A stretch of 61,623 nt of DNA, filler included, from Choristocarpus tenellus KU-1152 (GCA_964200185.2; 10 parts of 10 records of this genome joined end to end with filler, not necessarily neighbours in it); one strand, 5' to 3'; positions 38,002 to 52,635 are shown, counted from the whole stretch's first letter. Translations and numbers: made by a program. Notes: generated from the sequence alone by a model not told the origin.

Positions 38002-39583
38002 GTATGAATGAGCGTGTCCAGGAGGCTTTGAACAGTATGAAGCAATCCAAAGAGGTCCCAAACAATAATGAGAAGGTAAATGAGAAGGTAAACAAGAAGG
38101 TAGACGAGAGGGGGACAGCGAAGGACAGTATGCTGGACCTAGATAGCGATGAGGCCCGGGCCATGATGGCCAGGCAGACGGTTCAAGGGTACACCGATAC
38201 GTTTGGATACATGGAAAAGAGTGGCTGCTTTGATATCTACCTCCCGGTACCCAATGTGAGATATGAGGCATGAGAGAGTGACAGATACGGGGAGGAACAA
38301 ACTTAATTACTGGACTTTCCAGTTTTAAGTTATTTAGAATACTCTTGTGCTGTTAGACGATTTCAAAGGTTGGATGGGCCGGTGGCAGATGCTTTGGTGG
38401 GTGTGGTACTTTTGAATATGTGGCATGTAAGAGTAAGAAAGGATGGGCAAAGCCGACATAAGGTAGTGGCATAGCTTCGCAAAAGGAGACAAACGGTCGA
38501 GTACTTTAGATGTTGTGTATCCAAGGATCTCTCCGCATGTAATAGTGAACCAAGACCTGCACCTCTTTGAATGGCTGATCTCGCGCCCCCTTCAACTGTC
38601 CCCACCCATTTCAGTATGCCCCTTCCCTACCCGACCAATCTCATCTCCTAGACCGTAGCTTGTCGCTTGACCCCGTCCCCTATGGTGCCAGAATCTTGGC
38701 ATTTCCCTCGCATTTATTGTGTTTCAATTTTCTTTGTGCGTACAAGTATGGTGCCAGTGAATAGTTATGAAAGGTGATGGTGAAGCTCACGATTCAGTAG
38801 AAGGGAGGGAGTACAAGGTCAGAAGTTCTTGGACCATCACCCCTTTCCAGTCGGTGCAGTGTCTGTGATTCACCTGTACCCTACCGGTATTACCTTTATA
38901 CTACCACCGTTCGTTGTTGCTGTAGTTGTAACTCATCAGTATCATCTTTGCATCAATACCCTTGTAGGATTTAATAAAATTGTTACCCATGTTGAGGAAG
39001 AAAGAGGGCTTTGTTCTAGTACTTCAGAATATAATTCAAGGGCAAAAGTTTTTACCGCATCACTCAGCTTGACAGTCCCTACTATTTATCCCCTCCCCCT
39101 CAACCCATCCCATCCATGCCACAACCCCCGCATCCCCCCCAAATAAAATGCCCCACCAATGTGTTGTACAAATACGATGCCACCGCCTTGCACAATTAGG
39201 GCACCAAGCCAAAGGACATAAAAGTGGAGCTACACCCGGATCGGATGCGTGTAAGTGTGAAGGGGTTGGGGGTGGTTACGGAGGGCGAGTTCGAAGGCAG
39301 GGTGACCATGGATGGCTCTTATTGGCTAATGAGTGACTTGTCCCTTGACTCCCCAAGTGGCCCTAAGGGAAGCAGTGCGGTGCGACAGGGGCCACAGTGT
39401 CAGGACCAAACATGCATCCAGATTTATCTCGAGAAGAGGAGGCCCTACGACAAGCTTTGGAGGAGTGTTTATTATTTACCGCCTGAGCCAGAGGATGATG
39501 GTGTTCCGTTGGTGAACGAGGATGAAGAGGATGTAGAAGTTTTCGGGGGCAGTGCTGCAATGGATGCAGAAGATTTGGGATGA
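38002..39583 (+). CDS. CS (p23/NudC-like) domain protein, 5' possibly incomplete
   Basis: Exons 38002-38255 and 39200-39583 join as FDIYLPVPN|GTKPKDIKVELHPDRMRVSV...GEFEGRVTMDGSYW...IQIYLEKRRPYDKLWRSV, the NudC-type CS pattern. Confidence 0.8.
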
Positions 39584-42500
39584 CATTGCTGGTGTGTACT
39601 GGGTGTGTGCAACAAGGGATTATTGTTCCCTCCTCCTTCCTCTTGTTTCTCATTCTGCCCTTGCGCTGTTGAAAGCGCTTGATCCTTTGTAGATGTGTGT
39701 TTGTATGTCCGTGTATTGGGGGGGTTCAATGCTGTGACGGATATCCCCAAAACTGTTCTGAGTTTCTTGCATCTGTATGGAGTTGATGTTAGGGATGTTT
39801 CTGCGGTAGCGAGGTCGAGACCCCTTTTCTATTGGCTAGAGATGCATAACCTTGCTGCTGATTGAAGAATTGCAAGGTGTAGAGGTGAGTGTAAGGCAAC
39901 CTCAGAAGGCGTATCCTCCCTGTGTATGTGTCGGAGCAATACAGTGCAGGCTGATGTGCAATCCATTCCCTTCATTGTCTCCAGTGCTTCACCACAACCC
40001 CTTTTTGCCAAAGTGAGCAAAATAATAAAGATTTCTTTTATGTGTGGGAAGGTTGCACTGGACTGTTGCAAGGAAGCAAGCTGTGGGAGACTCCACCTGC
40101 TTGCAGTACCTGTAAATGTTTGTGGTTGTACACAGACAGTGATGAGGAGGAAACCCTTGAGCTTATGGTGGTGCTGTATGGAGTATTAGGACGGTCACAT
40201 CATGGCATACATGGGGAAAAAAAGGAGTTGCAGCAAATGCATGCAGCGGTGCTCTGCTGAGGGCTACCTTGTTTTCTGGCATCGTTTTTGTCATCTGGAT
40301 GTGTTGAGAGGTTTAAGTGGCACTTATTTATGCTTTTATGTGTGTTTGTGTGGAACTGTATGTGTTTGATTCCTAATACTGTGCAGACCCCTAACTCAAG
40401 AAGAAAGATGATCAGTTGCGACTCTGATGTGTTCTACTTGTGAATGCTTGTTAGGCGCATAAAGTATAGTATCATTTTTGTATCAAAACGATCTTCTAGC
40501 TTGTGTTGCTCTTCTCCTCTCACCCTCCAGTTGTTTTACCGTACCTACACTGGAGTTGCTGCCTGACATGGTGATACTCACACACTGCATCGTTTTATTA
40601 CTCAACAGTGTCAATTCAGCATGCTGGCTGCATGATCTCACAGTGGAATGCTGTGCCATGTTTTATTGAGGCAATCCACATGTAGTATGTATATATTCCA
40701 TATTATATGAGTGATAGTCTACTTCAAAGTGCACACTATAGTACAATGGCAGGCAGCATGCAATATACACAGTTCACGTTGATTTAACTACAGCAAGTGC
40801 CTGCGTAGGAGTGATGGCAGAAGAGAGCACATATTTTTTTGTAATTGTCATAAACGTGTGTACTTGTACGCAAGTAGTGTGTTGTGAACGCAAAGAGTGA
40901 GTTCCTTCCATGATGTTATTGCATTGTTTGAAGTGCACGACGTTGCATTGATGATATTATGGAAAAGTATGAATGAACGTCTCAAAGATCAAAAGACCCC
41001 CCGACCTAGTGCATTGGTCACAAGGTGTGAATACCCACAACTCGCTACATGTTCACAGCTTCAGACCTCCTTGAGACCAAATACATTTTTTTTTTAGCTC
41101 CGGACCAAACCCGTTCAAGTAAGGAATTTTTTTGGCCTCACAGTGCCACACACTACTCAGCAACCTGTATACATTACGTTGACAGTTCCATCAGATGAAT
41201 TAAAAAATCGACTCGATTTTTTTTTTTCAATAAATTATTATTTCGTTTCTCATCACTATGAAAAAACTGGGTTAGCTGAGTGTGTGTGTTCCTTCCGTTT
41301 ATCACAGATCGGATGTTAGAAGAACCTTAACCACTCCTGAAAAAGTATCACCTAAACGTTTGGAAGCTATCATGACACAGTCGCAAGAATTGCTACAACA
41401 ACAGTAGTAGTTGAGGTTAGAGTAGCAGGAGAAGTAACTGCCCTTCAATTCCTAGGCACAGGTTCAACCTAACGATGGTAGGGGTGAAAGAAGGTTCCAC
41501 TATCATGAATACTACAGTGTTGACAAGGAGGGTATTTGAGCTGCAGAATAACATCAATCAAACATAATTGCGAACACAAATGTTGACACCATTTCCTGTA
41601 AATAAAGGCGTATCATGACTTACCTACCACCTGTCCAGGGCACACCCTATTCATACTGTCGGTTAGGTCCAGATGAGGTAGACAGCATACGATATGTCCC
41701 CCTGCTCTACTAGGTTGGGCAGACTTCTTCCCCCCTGTTGCACAATGGTCTTTAACCTCCCCATACTCTTACTCATTACTTTAGTGACTGCCTGCCTACT
41801 GTCAGGGATGGTTGTGGACAGAGTGTGCTCCCTACCTCCGCGCACTCTTGTGACGAAAAAAGTGAACGGGCAAAGAATGGAAAAGATATATCGTGAATGC
41901 TTCACCTCAACAAAATAATGCTGTATACCATGTACTTTGAAGTACTCCTGACTCGTAAGTATTATTGTAGTAGGAGCTTTACAATGCTGGTGCACAAAGC
42001 GAACAGGAAATAATAGAAGCAAATATAGATTGGTGGAGTTGGCAGGGTTGGTGGAAGAGTACCAGTGGCCAGTTCATTTGAAAGGAATCGACGGGCGACT
42101 AAGAGGCCGTGCGCGGCGCGCGATTAACGCGCCCCAGCACCACGGTGCCCCCCACCTCATGACCAGCCCTGCCAGAGGCAAGATATTTTTTAAGGACAAC
42201 ATTTCTGTATTTGCTTGCTATTTCCTACCGGAAAAAGGCATAATTCGTTGCGCCAAAAAAAACTGTAACACTCCAATTCCACTTGGCCTCTTTTGTTGGA
42301 ACCCATGCCCGTAACTTCCAGCATGCGACACAAGAACCATAGGATACTACTCACTACAAAAGTAGAGTTGAGATTTCACTATTCCAAAATAATGGAAAAT
42401 GAAACTTAGAAATGGGTAGGGTAACCCACACAACAGGTTCATTGCTTGACCCAAAGCATTCAAGAGTACAGTAGTTTTGCCCTGTGTGTCCGTTCAGGAC

Positions 42501-44154
42501 TTGTCTTCCCACCGGTTTTTTATGCAACTTTTATGATTCCTGTGTGAAAACAGTTATCTAAATGTATACTGCTATGAAGGATGTGTCAGGACCAAGAATA
42601 TTGACACCTAACAAACACGTTATCCTCAATTCATTTAAACCATAACATTGGATTTACGACCCCACGCGGTCACAGCCCAATCCTCTTTCAGTCTACAGTT
42701 TCCTATACTATTTGTAACATTGACGAAGTGGTACCTGAAGTTTATGGGAATGGCAAGTTTGTTTGAGAAATGGCATATTGAGAAGCTCTGTTTACTTGTT
42801 TTCAGTGTATAGGTCACAGAGAACACTGGGCAGATTGTGTCACTCCTCGTTAAGTGCTGTAGAGTATATACAAAAAAAGCGCTACGCTTAACAGCTCCTG
42901 CTGTTACAAAGATTTGTACGTAAAAGACAGAATCGGAACGACGTTCAAACGTTGGAAAGGTTGAATTTTTTAAGGCTGCTCCAATAGTAAGTGATGTAGC
43001 CATCCCGTTGCAAAGATGTAAGCAAACAAGGTCTAAAACTTAGTGTCAAGTGTGGCAGTTTCATGTTACAACAAACACACAACATGTCCCAACTCTCAGA
43101 CCTCACAGCAAACAGACTGTTCCTACATTTATAAGCAGTTCGCGAAAAAAACTTCTCTAGCTTTTCACCACCCTTTGAACCACAGGCGGTACATACTACC
43201 AGGCTAATACCCCATTTGTTGAACTACCATTGTGTTAGCTTATCAAACAAGGTTTGCCTGACAATGAGAAAAATTGAGAAAAGTAGAACAACGCCATGAA
43301 GAAAATGCAATACCATACAGCAAAAATATCTAACTTCAAATGAAATTCTGACATAAACCCCGTGCTACAAATATGACATTGCTGCCATTGACAAACAAAA
43401 TTAATCTTCCTGAGCACCAGCACATAGTACAACCACAACTGTGCATCATAACCATACCATAGTCCCACCAGAGCAGTAAAAGCTACAAGAGAAAAGCCAA
43501 CGCTGAGCTTGCTCAGCCACTTACCTATTTTCTCTTCTTACCCCTCAACCCCACTCTCATCTCAGCCAACCTTTGTAAAACTATCAGTCAATTTTTCCTC
43601 CCCACAATACACGTTCATAGTTCACTTTACTGCACGAAGGTAGATTATGTGTAGATGCCGTTTGATAAAAAAGAGTAGCCATTCTTTTAACTGCAGAAAG
43701 CTTATCGAGTCCTTGTCAACAAGGTTTTAAGTCTAGACCTGTATGTATCTCTCATAGCAGTCATCGCGTAACCTCCAATCTCTACCTTGGTAGTGAAGGA
43801 AGGTATTACAGATGTACTGACTATCAAGCCCAAATCAGCACACAACAGTACACGATCAGTAGCATTCTAACCATACCTCGACACATCCACAGGCAGGGAG
43901 AAATACCCTCTATGCTTGTTAAGTTAGGAGTTGAGGGAGGCGTAAATGTTCAATCAACTCCCCCTAACCTGCCTTCTCTTTTTTCCACCAACTCTCTACC
44001 CATCACACTTTGATGACCAATCAGCAATACACAGCCCCCATTATCAACCACCCCNNNNNNNNNNNNNNNNNNNNNNNNNNNNNNNNNNNNNNNNNNNNTT
44101 AATTAATTAANNNNNNNNNNNNNNNNNNNNNNNNNNNNNNNNNNNNNNNNNNNN

Positions 44155-44187
44155 GCCCCCCCCCCCCCCCCCCAGATACTTTGGGTC
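44155..44187. mobile_element. MITE family A terminus at contig start
   Basis: C-run followed by CCCAGATACTTTGGGTC. Confidence 0.65.
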
Positions 44188-44986
44188 AAGTACAGCAGCG
44201 AGTTCAACAGTGAGTGCTGCGCTAAGTTCAGCAACGAGTACTACACAAAGTTCAATGGACAGTGCTTAAGGAAGTACTCCAGCAGTCATGGTGACACCAG
44301 GAGACGGTATGGCAGTTGCATAAGTTCAAACCCTCCAATCGTGGACATAGACAAAAAAGACCGAACGATCACGCCCTTGTTGGAGGTAGGGCGAGTAGTA
44401 ACCTGGAGTGGGAAGAAAGGGCCACATTGTCTTTCGATGGCAAGGATGCACATACGAGGTAGGATTGCCTGGACCTCAACAGGACCAGACCAGCTATTCG
44501 TAGTACCCAGACTGATATGGGAGAGAACTCAAAGTCACAATGGCAGGTGTAACAAGTGAACAGGGATGGGCCGCGAAGAGAGTGAGGCCCCCCTGACTAT
44601 TCGAGTCAGGGAGAGGACAGGAATAAGAAAGTCCCTCTCCCCCATCTAAATCCAAAGAGGTGGATGGCATCAACTTAAGTAGATACTAGAGATGGTAAAG
44701 ATTCATCAGGACTTATATTTTGGTGATGTAGACTGTTTCCCTTCATATTTGCTGTGTTTTTGCGTCTCGTTTCAGGCAATAGATATTTTGTCCATTTTTT
44801 TTCTTGTGTATTTAGTGTACACACACAAAGGAGTCAAGTGACAACTGTGATGTAGTGCGCAGACTGGCTTTAAGTAGAGGAGCTATTGAAGCCAGTGATA
44901 GTTTATTTTATGGTAGGACAGCCGTTTGTAAGGGAAGTCAAATTATGATACTCTATTCCTATAATTCACTTTTAGGCGTTATGCTA

Positions 44987-45244
44987 GAGTGAAAGTATCT
45001 TAGAGGGTACAAATTTGGTCCTCTTTGTCCATGTGGGGCTTGGCTTCCCATGGGTTTTTATTGACATTTTACCTGCTCCAAAATGTTTCGGAGTAGGTAA
45101 AATGTATACTTTATGGAAAGGAGTGTCCAGAAAAGGGGTATTGATATCTCCTAACAAACAAGATAGTCAAAATTACATCAAATTGCAACATCGGATTTTG
45201 GTCCCCGAATGGACGCGGCCCTACCCTCTAAGATACTTTGAGTC
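44987..45244 (+). mobile_element. MITE family B, full copy
   Basis: GAGTGAAAGTATCTTAGAGGGTA / TACCCTCTAAGATACTTTGAGTC; collinear with 9125-9383. Confidence 0.88.
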
Positions 45245-45899
45245 CTAGAGAAATATATAGATTGTGGGAAAGTAATAATGTATTGTGAAGGAGGACCTAC
45301 AGGAGAAGGTACGCAATAATATGTTATTGGAAATTGTGATAGCGTAGGTAGAACTAACAGTGTAATATTCCCATGTTTCCACAAGAGGCTGCAATAGGAC
45401 AATAGAAGAATGATTACAAAGATCCATACAGATCCAACACTGTTGATTCAGGGCATTAGAAATAGTAGTATTGTTTGAGATAGTTGAAAAAAATTGTGTT
45501 GATTTTAGAGATTTAGGATTATGAGGGCGTGCAGCGTCTGCACAGGTAGGAAGTTTTCATGCGGATAGTACTGATGCACTATAGACATCCCTTGTAGAGT
45601 AGATCAGGAAAGGTGGAGCCAGTTATATGTTTCATATATTTACAGCTTAACTGAAGAAAATCCACAACAGGTCAGACAGAAAAGTCAGCCAGTTACTCAT
45701 CAGTTGAAATATATACATATTACTGTTTGTCTGGGTGATGTGAATACAGATCACGTGCGCTTGAGAGAGTTTTAGAATTAGTCATAACCATTTCTTTGGG
45801 TGTCAAAACTTCTGCATTATAGTTCTACTTGCTATCATTGCAGATGGGGGTCAGATGAGACCACCGGACAAAGTTAAGTGAAGGTGACAACAACAAAGA

Positions 45900-46400
45900 A
45901 GAGAGTGTGTTACTTGGTGGCAAAAAGTGATGCGGGGGACAATGAGGAAGTCGATGGTGAAGTTGAGGTGTTGGCTGTGAATTTCCCCCCAATACAAAAA
46001 AGGAAAGCTTGGGACTTCTCTTAATGGTTTTGGCAGCAGATGTTTCAAACTGAGGGCCATATGCCCTGTGGAGAAATGCGATCTTGAGAAGTTAAGAGAT
46101 CTCCTCCTCCTTTGATGAGAACAGCCAGTAGTTTGTGATGAAGGTGAGGGGAGTGCCCACAAGAAGAGGGTGCGGTTGGAGATGACCTATATTGAAGAGA
46201 TAAACCGCAGTAAATTCCAGATGGGAGGTATACCTTGATATGCAACCAGTGGATGCAGACGTGGTGGAGGAATCTGGTGGTCTCATTGCATGGTAGAACG
46301 CGAAGGAGGAGGTTTTTTGAGAGTTTGAGCAAGTAGTGGTGTCGCAGGCGATGTGTCTTAATGGCATTGATGAAACTGCCATTATGGCCTTGAAGTCCTG
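45900..46400 (+). pseudogene. Possible hAT transposase C-terminal (dimerisation domain) relic
   Basis: Translation WEVYLDMQPVDADVVEESGGLIAW*NAKEEVF*EFEQVV resembles the ExYL...LxWW...FP motif if TAG was TGG. Confidence 0.3.
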
Positions 46401-46976
46401 AAAATCAAATATTTGTACTTCTGGACTATTTATTTATTATTTAGTCATCGTCATGCCGCATAGAGGTCGTCCAGTCTTATTTTTACTCCAATGAAACCAA
46501 TAAAGTGAATGATCAAAGTGAGAGATTCAGCATATTCTATGACATTTCCTTTATGGTGCCCTCTACAAGCTTCGCCTTCATCCTACAAGTTTGTGGACTG
46601 GAGCAACATATTCCATAACGGAAAGTTTGAGGAGGGTTTTGTAACATGGAGGTTCTACCTTGTCTCTTCAAACCGGAGAGAAAACTAAGCTTATCATATG
46701 GGATTGTTGGTAGCTCCTTGGGATGTCCTAGACTCATCTCCATCTCCACTTCTCTCGGATTTGGGAAAAGGGTCTGAATCGTTGGATCATCCCCTGTGAG
46801 GAAAGGACCTTGCGACCATAAGCGACGGCATTCGCTCATGTTTGTATCGATGGCCTGTACTCCAGGTCACGGCTTCAGGATCTCTTTCTACGACCCTGAG
46901 ATCATGTAAGAGAGTGCAGATCGCCTTATTATCTGTACGGGTTCGCATCAATGACCTGCGCTCCGGCCTCTCATTG

Positions 46977-47040
46977 GGGAAAAAAGTATCTGAGGGGGGG
47001 GGGAGGTTTTCACCCGGGTGTCCATTTGGGTCCTGAGCAG
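46977..47040 (+). mobile_element. MITE family A-related left end (variant interior)
   Basis: AAAGTATCTGAGGGGGG...CCCGGGTGTCCATTTGGGTCCTGA; no partner end found. Confidence 0.6.
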
Positions 47041-48114
47041 GTGTTGGGAAAATTGGTCTATTTGAGTGTCTTCGGGTCGTGGAGGGTTGGTCCTTTTTCA
47101 ATTAAGTGTGGCATATTCAGCACTAAAGATATGTCCTTAGCGCTTGGATCTGTGTGGACTGTGTGGTGATGTGAAGAAAGTTGCCCTTAAGTAGAATTTA
47201 GGAATCGACGGTTGTTGATGTTTCGACGAGGTGTAGAATAGGGTTTTCCCATTGTACATTTTTTCACCTTGAATTTTGAACCGTGGTATTAAGTACAGGA
47301 GGGTATCCCACCTGTGTTTTTTTTTCTATCTGTTTGTCGATAACCTTAGTGCCTGAGCAATGCAAAGGCGTGAAGGAGAAGATTTCTGTGTTATATTTAC
47401 TGGGACATGATCGTGAATTAATCGTTTGCAGTTAGATTGTCGTTGTTGTTGGGCAACAGACAATGTCGCTTAGGTTTAGTGCCATGTCACATACACGTCT
47501 TAGAGTGAGTTATGTGGGAGAGACACATGCTCGATTGGTGTCTAGTGTGTCCATATAGCATTGAAGGAGTGCTGCATACAATAGACCACACAAGAACAGG
47601 ACATGACAAATTCATTGCATTGTAATGTTTATTATATTATGATGTAAGAATAGCTACTCCTCTAACATACGCACACGCAAATCTTAAATTCGATGTCGAA
47701 GTTCAACAATCTCTAAGTGTAATATGAGGGATGCCAGTAATCATAAGAATATGTGAAGTCAGGGTTGAGGATAGCCTAAAGGGGGACGACACGGGGATTC
47801 GGTTGAGCGTCCTGCGGAGCAACCACGTTTTTTTGTGTTAATTGGGTCAGGGTAACGGGTTAGGCCGTGAAGACCATCGTGAGTGAGACAGCAGTGTTCG
47901 TAGTGGAAAGGTGTTGTTTGGTGGGGTGTTGTTTGATGCACGTGATAAGAACCGAAACGAACAAACAACACGTGAAGTTGAAGGGAAAAAAATCTGCACA
48001 GAATAATTCCATGTAGAATTCAGAAAAATTTCTGTACACATTTGTAAAAAAAGCTGAATTCTTGCACATTGTTGTCAGCATCCGTAAAATGCAACCCTGG
48101 CTACCTCTGTTTAC

Positions 48115-49301
48115 GACCAGTTGCAATTACACGCACTGTCTTCGACTTTGAGGATATTCACTGGCCACTGATGTGCGGCACGAACCCACTGAAATACCTC
48201 AACACTGAGCGGCGCACGCGGTTGAAAGCATATGTGAAGAGATGATCTCAACCTATAGGAAAGCGACAAGTTGGACATCCCTAATGTAAGAGTCACTCGC
48301 TAAGCGACTACAGCTGAAGAAGTTGAACTACCACCAACTGGACGTCCACCTACAAACAACTTCACCTTTCTAATGCTTGTGATAACCCTCCTTGTGGACC
48401 GGAAAGTGTGAGGAGCTCCTCTATACTAATGAGTTGCCGGCCTGATGAGTTGCCATCAGAGTTCACAGATAGAGAAGATATTTCTGCCTCATTTCCAAGA
48501 TGGTGGAAGCGACGCTGATATTTTTTTGAAGACCGCACCATGGCACAGTCCAGGTGGTATTTCGAGCTTCATCTGTCAGACAACTCAGACTTGTCAGCCG
48601 AAAACACAGCTCTTGTCCCAGAGAACTATACGTAGGTTGGTGCTACCTGTGGAGAAGGATACAAAATATTCAATACATCTTTGTACAAAATGTTTACAAA
48701 AGCGCATACAACAAATACATTTTTTAATGTTTTTCCAAGCACCTTGGTTGGGAAGTGTTATACCACGTGATAGTAATAGATGGGGAGTTTTTAAAAAATC
48801 AATATTGACAGTGACCCTCCAACATTCCCAATGGATGACTTGATGACACCAAAGCTGTGGTGATCTTGAGCTTCTTCCTCCCAGATCCCAAGGGGTACAT
48901 AGGAGAAGGGCATATCAACGCCATTTTCTCCCTATGCTTCCCACCCATTAACCCAGATTTTCCTACCATGGACTAGAGTGTGACCTAGGGCTTATCGACA
49001 CTAGTGCTCCACCTTTCCCCCCCGAATTGTTAAACAACCGGAGGAGTTTTTCTCCCAAGGTCCTGTCTGATATGAAGTGCTGGGCACCGACTTTTCTGTT
49101 TATACCTCATGCCGTCAGCAAAAAATACCACACCCACTTTCTGTTCGCTGACCCCTGATATCTTAGTCGACAGGAAATGAGACTTTTCAGGAATCGGGTG
49201 GCAGTCACAGGACCAAAGTGCCTTGTTTCATACTGTGCTTGAGACCCCTCATGACTAAAGCACAAGTGTCGGATGGAATCCATACTGGGGGGGGGGGGGA
49301 A
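48115..49301 (+). mobile_element. Internally deleted second copy of the chromodomain Ty3/Gypsy 3' region
   Basis: Shares GGATATTCACTGGCCA.TGATGT, CAAGTTGGAC.TCCCTAA.GTAAGAGTCACT, CCCTCCTTGTGGACC.GAAAGTG, AGGTGGTATTTCGAGCTT and GATGGAATCCA.ACTGGGGGGG with 53830-55330, but lacks about 54050-54520. Confidence 0.8.
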
Positions 49302-52300
49302 NNNNNNNNNNNNNNNNNNNNNNNNNNNNNNNNNNNNNNNNNNNNTTAATTAATTAANNNNNNNNNNNNNNNNNNNNNNNNNNNNNNNNNNNNNNNNNNN
49401 NCCCCCCGGGGCACAGGAGTAGGTAGATGGGAAACTAAGGAAGGCAATATTTGATAGTGGGGAAGTAACTGATTAGCGGTTTCTACACTTACAATATTTT
49501 ATAGTGTTCTCACGTTTAGGATATTTTATTTCTTTAGGGCTAATGACGACATAATATGTATAGTTTCGACTTCGAAGATGGTGATCAAGAACAGGGTCGG
49601 GATATTCGAGTCGGGATCGGGTCCGGCACGTGCTCTAGGTACTTCCACGTGCAGGATGCGAGCTATATTTCCCTCATCACTCCGTTTTTTTCGATGGATT
49701 CCTCATCTTCCGTTGTTGTTGGCACTGCACTTCTCGGTATTACTTGATTTCTTTTTCCAGTAGAGGGGGTTTTGATCCATTTCGTTACTTTGGTATATTT
49801 CAGTTTTTTTTGCATCCTGCATCCTCACATGCATCATGAATCAATTCCTGTTCCAGAAGTGTAACGCCTGAAACCGTACGGTCTAGGAAATTATGCCCTT
49901 CTCCCTAACACGGTTCTTATCTGTGCCTGGTACTGCGGCTAACCCTCTGTTCACTTGTAAGGGAAGCAACGTCGGGGTGGGGCACGAACGTAAGAAAGAA
50001 TGGATATTCCGGTGATCGACCATGATAGGGATTTGACCCAGGGCAATGATTAATGATCCTAAGTCTCCAGCAAGAGGGCGGTGCGGTAAACAACTATAGC
50101 TAGGACAGGGACAATCTGGTCCGGAGAAGATCCGGAGGATTATTTGGCATGAGCTGGAATGCCGAGGCTGTAAGGGCTGAGGATGTTTCGATAGGAAAGA
50201 AAGCTGAACGAAGTGAGCAGCAGGCGATAGCACCTTGCGCGGGAGAAGAACATCAGGTGCTCAAGTCGAGGCGCTGGACATACACTTTGCACCCGCATCG
50301 TTTACCTTGACCAGATCTCCTCCTTGCCGTTACAACTGTCTGATGTGTACTATAATCTGGAATGTGCTGGTTCGAGGTACCTCCTGTCAATCAAGCACGG
50401 ATCACAGTGCTGTAAGAAAATATAGAGACAAGTGTACTTTGCACAACAGAAGACATATTCTTAGTGCATATCTTGACCCTGAGTTGATGGTGCAACCGAA
50501 TCGATTTTCTTGAACCAGACATCACTTCAAACGGACGATTGTATCCCCTCCCCAAGAGTTCATATCTACCTAGTATTTTCAAATGTATATATTGCATAAT
50601 TTGATGCTGACATGTCTGTTCTCGGGTGATGGTAATGTGAAGTGGTCCGAAAAATATGATAGTGACTTCGAGCAAGACCTCGTGGAGGGTTTGCATGGAT
50701 TCGCCCTCGTCCCTGGACAAGGGCACAACGACAAAGATAGGGGCAGCGCTGTGGTTGCCTCTCCTCCCTCTTGCGTTGAGCCAACTCCTGAAATGAATGA
50801 TCCAGATAAGGGCAGAAGGGTTAACCTCTGTGTTAAATCATCAATCACCTCTGATGATAGCTGCAGGACACACGTTCGCAACAACAACACTGATCAGGAA
50901 AGGTCTCTACACCACACAAGTGCGGCCAGCCACAAGGTATGTGCGTGATAGGCTTTCATTGGGCTTTGTAGCGGACAATTCTCATGAAACGTTCTATGTG
51001 ATTCGGGTCAGCCCTTTGGGTTAAGGTTGGCTCATCATGTATTAATCATTATTATTACAGAAACAAGTTACGTTATTTCAAGGAATCTATCACAACCCAA
51101 ACATGGATTCCGTCAGTCACAAGTATTATAATGTTGTCTAAATAGGCTGAAGCAAAGGATCAGTCCTTTGTGTCTTAAATCCCGTTGCATTACCCATAGA
51201 AGCAGATGTACGGTTTTTCTCTTTGCAGCACCAAAATGCGAACCTTGAGCTGGAGGAAGAGGAGGAAATGTCCGCATTTTCGTGCATGTCCCCCACAGAA
51301 CTAAAAGGAGCAATCAAACAGCTCTTGAGGAGGAATGCTGACCTAAAGTGCAAGCTGGAAATATGCACACAAGTTCTCAAGGTGATTTACTCACCAAAGG
51401 AAAGAAGTGCCGTGAGGGTCAGAAAGGGGGGGGAGGAGGCTTGGACTAGGAATCCCCAAGCTGCTGAATTTACTGAGAGCTTTGATGTGTAGAATAATCT
51501 TGGCAGAGATATACTAATAGAAACAAAATAGTATGAAGTTAATATTTTGGGGAGTGAACGGATGGACTAGTGAGTCTGGTCTGCTTTCATTGGATGTGGG
51601 GCCGACTGTTATTCTCAAGAACTTTCTTGGAGTTGAAGAAGTGAAGAGGCAGTCCAGTCTTTTCATGCCTTTTGTGGACTCTCGCTAGATCAGGTGGAGC
51701 ATGTGTTCCTCTTCGTTGAAGCTTCATGACTTACCTTATAAAGAACAACATGTAGTTTGTTCAACACAATATAGTCAGGAGTTTATTCAAGCAATTCAAG
51801 GCTTCAGAATATAGTGAGACCAAGGCAAGGTACTCTGTCTAGTTCATTGCTCTAGGATCTTATCAATATCGTAGAGTACACCACACAGCTTGGAGATGCA
51901 TTGAGGCTTCCTGAATTTTGGGTAGAATATGGTTGGATAACTTTACTGTGCTTAAAGCACGGATAGGTAAAGGTAAGGGGTGGACTAAAGGTTATTTTTT
52001 GAGATGTTCCCATAGCTACCATACTGTTGGGGAACCATCCATACCAGGGAGGATCCTTGACATGTAGTTCTCGCGTAATCTGTAGAGAAAGGAAGAGGGG
52101 GAAGCAAAAACTGTCACACTGTAAGGGGAAAGTATTAACTAGACCATACCCAGCAACATATGACACATACCATCCAGCTGCCTCCAGAAATCAAGAGATA
52201 GGGCTCTTCACGCAAGCTCTCCTGATTGTATTTTGAGATAATTGTGGCTCTTGAGCCACTATTTCTGTCGTATGCCCTCTGCACTAGACCTATGTATCAA

Positions 52301-52635
52301 GCTGTTCAACTCGCACCTGAGAAATGAATTGAGTGAGATTTCCCAAATGTTGTTTACTGACTGACATTGGCACATTTCTTGGTTGCAGTTGCAAGCATAT
52401 TGAGATCCTCCAGTGGTTCAGTGTAAGCAACAAGAAAAAAACCTTTCTATGGTAGCAGAGACCTAGTTACAGCTTTGAAGTATGCTTTTCTGCTTTAAGA
52501 ATGTAATGAGAACCTGACTTTAGTGTTGAGGTTGACAACTGGTCAACAAAGAGCACTTGCCATCAAATACAGATGCTCCATTTGCCCCAGGTCTAGTTCT
52601 TCAACTTCAACAAGAAATGCTCTAACTATCAAAGA

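Noticed and set aside
38268-38273. Third GC donor (GAG|GCATGA) in the CS-domain gene
   Set aside because: A canonical GTGAGA donor at 38256 gives the correct in-frame junction.
41663-43468. ORFs of 70-122 aa on both strands
   Set aside because: No recognisable motifs or consistent splice pattern; left unannotated.
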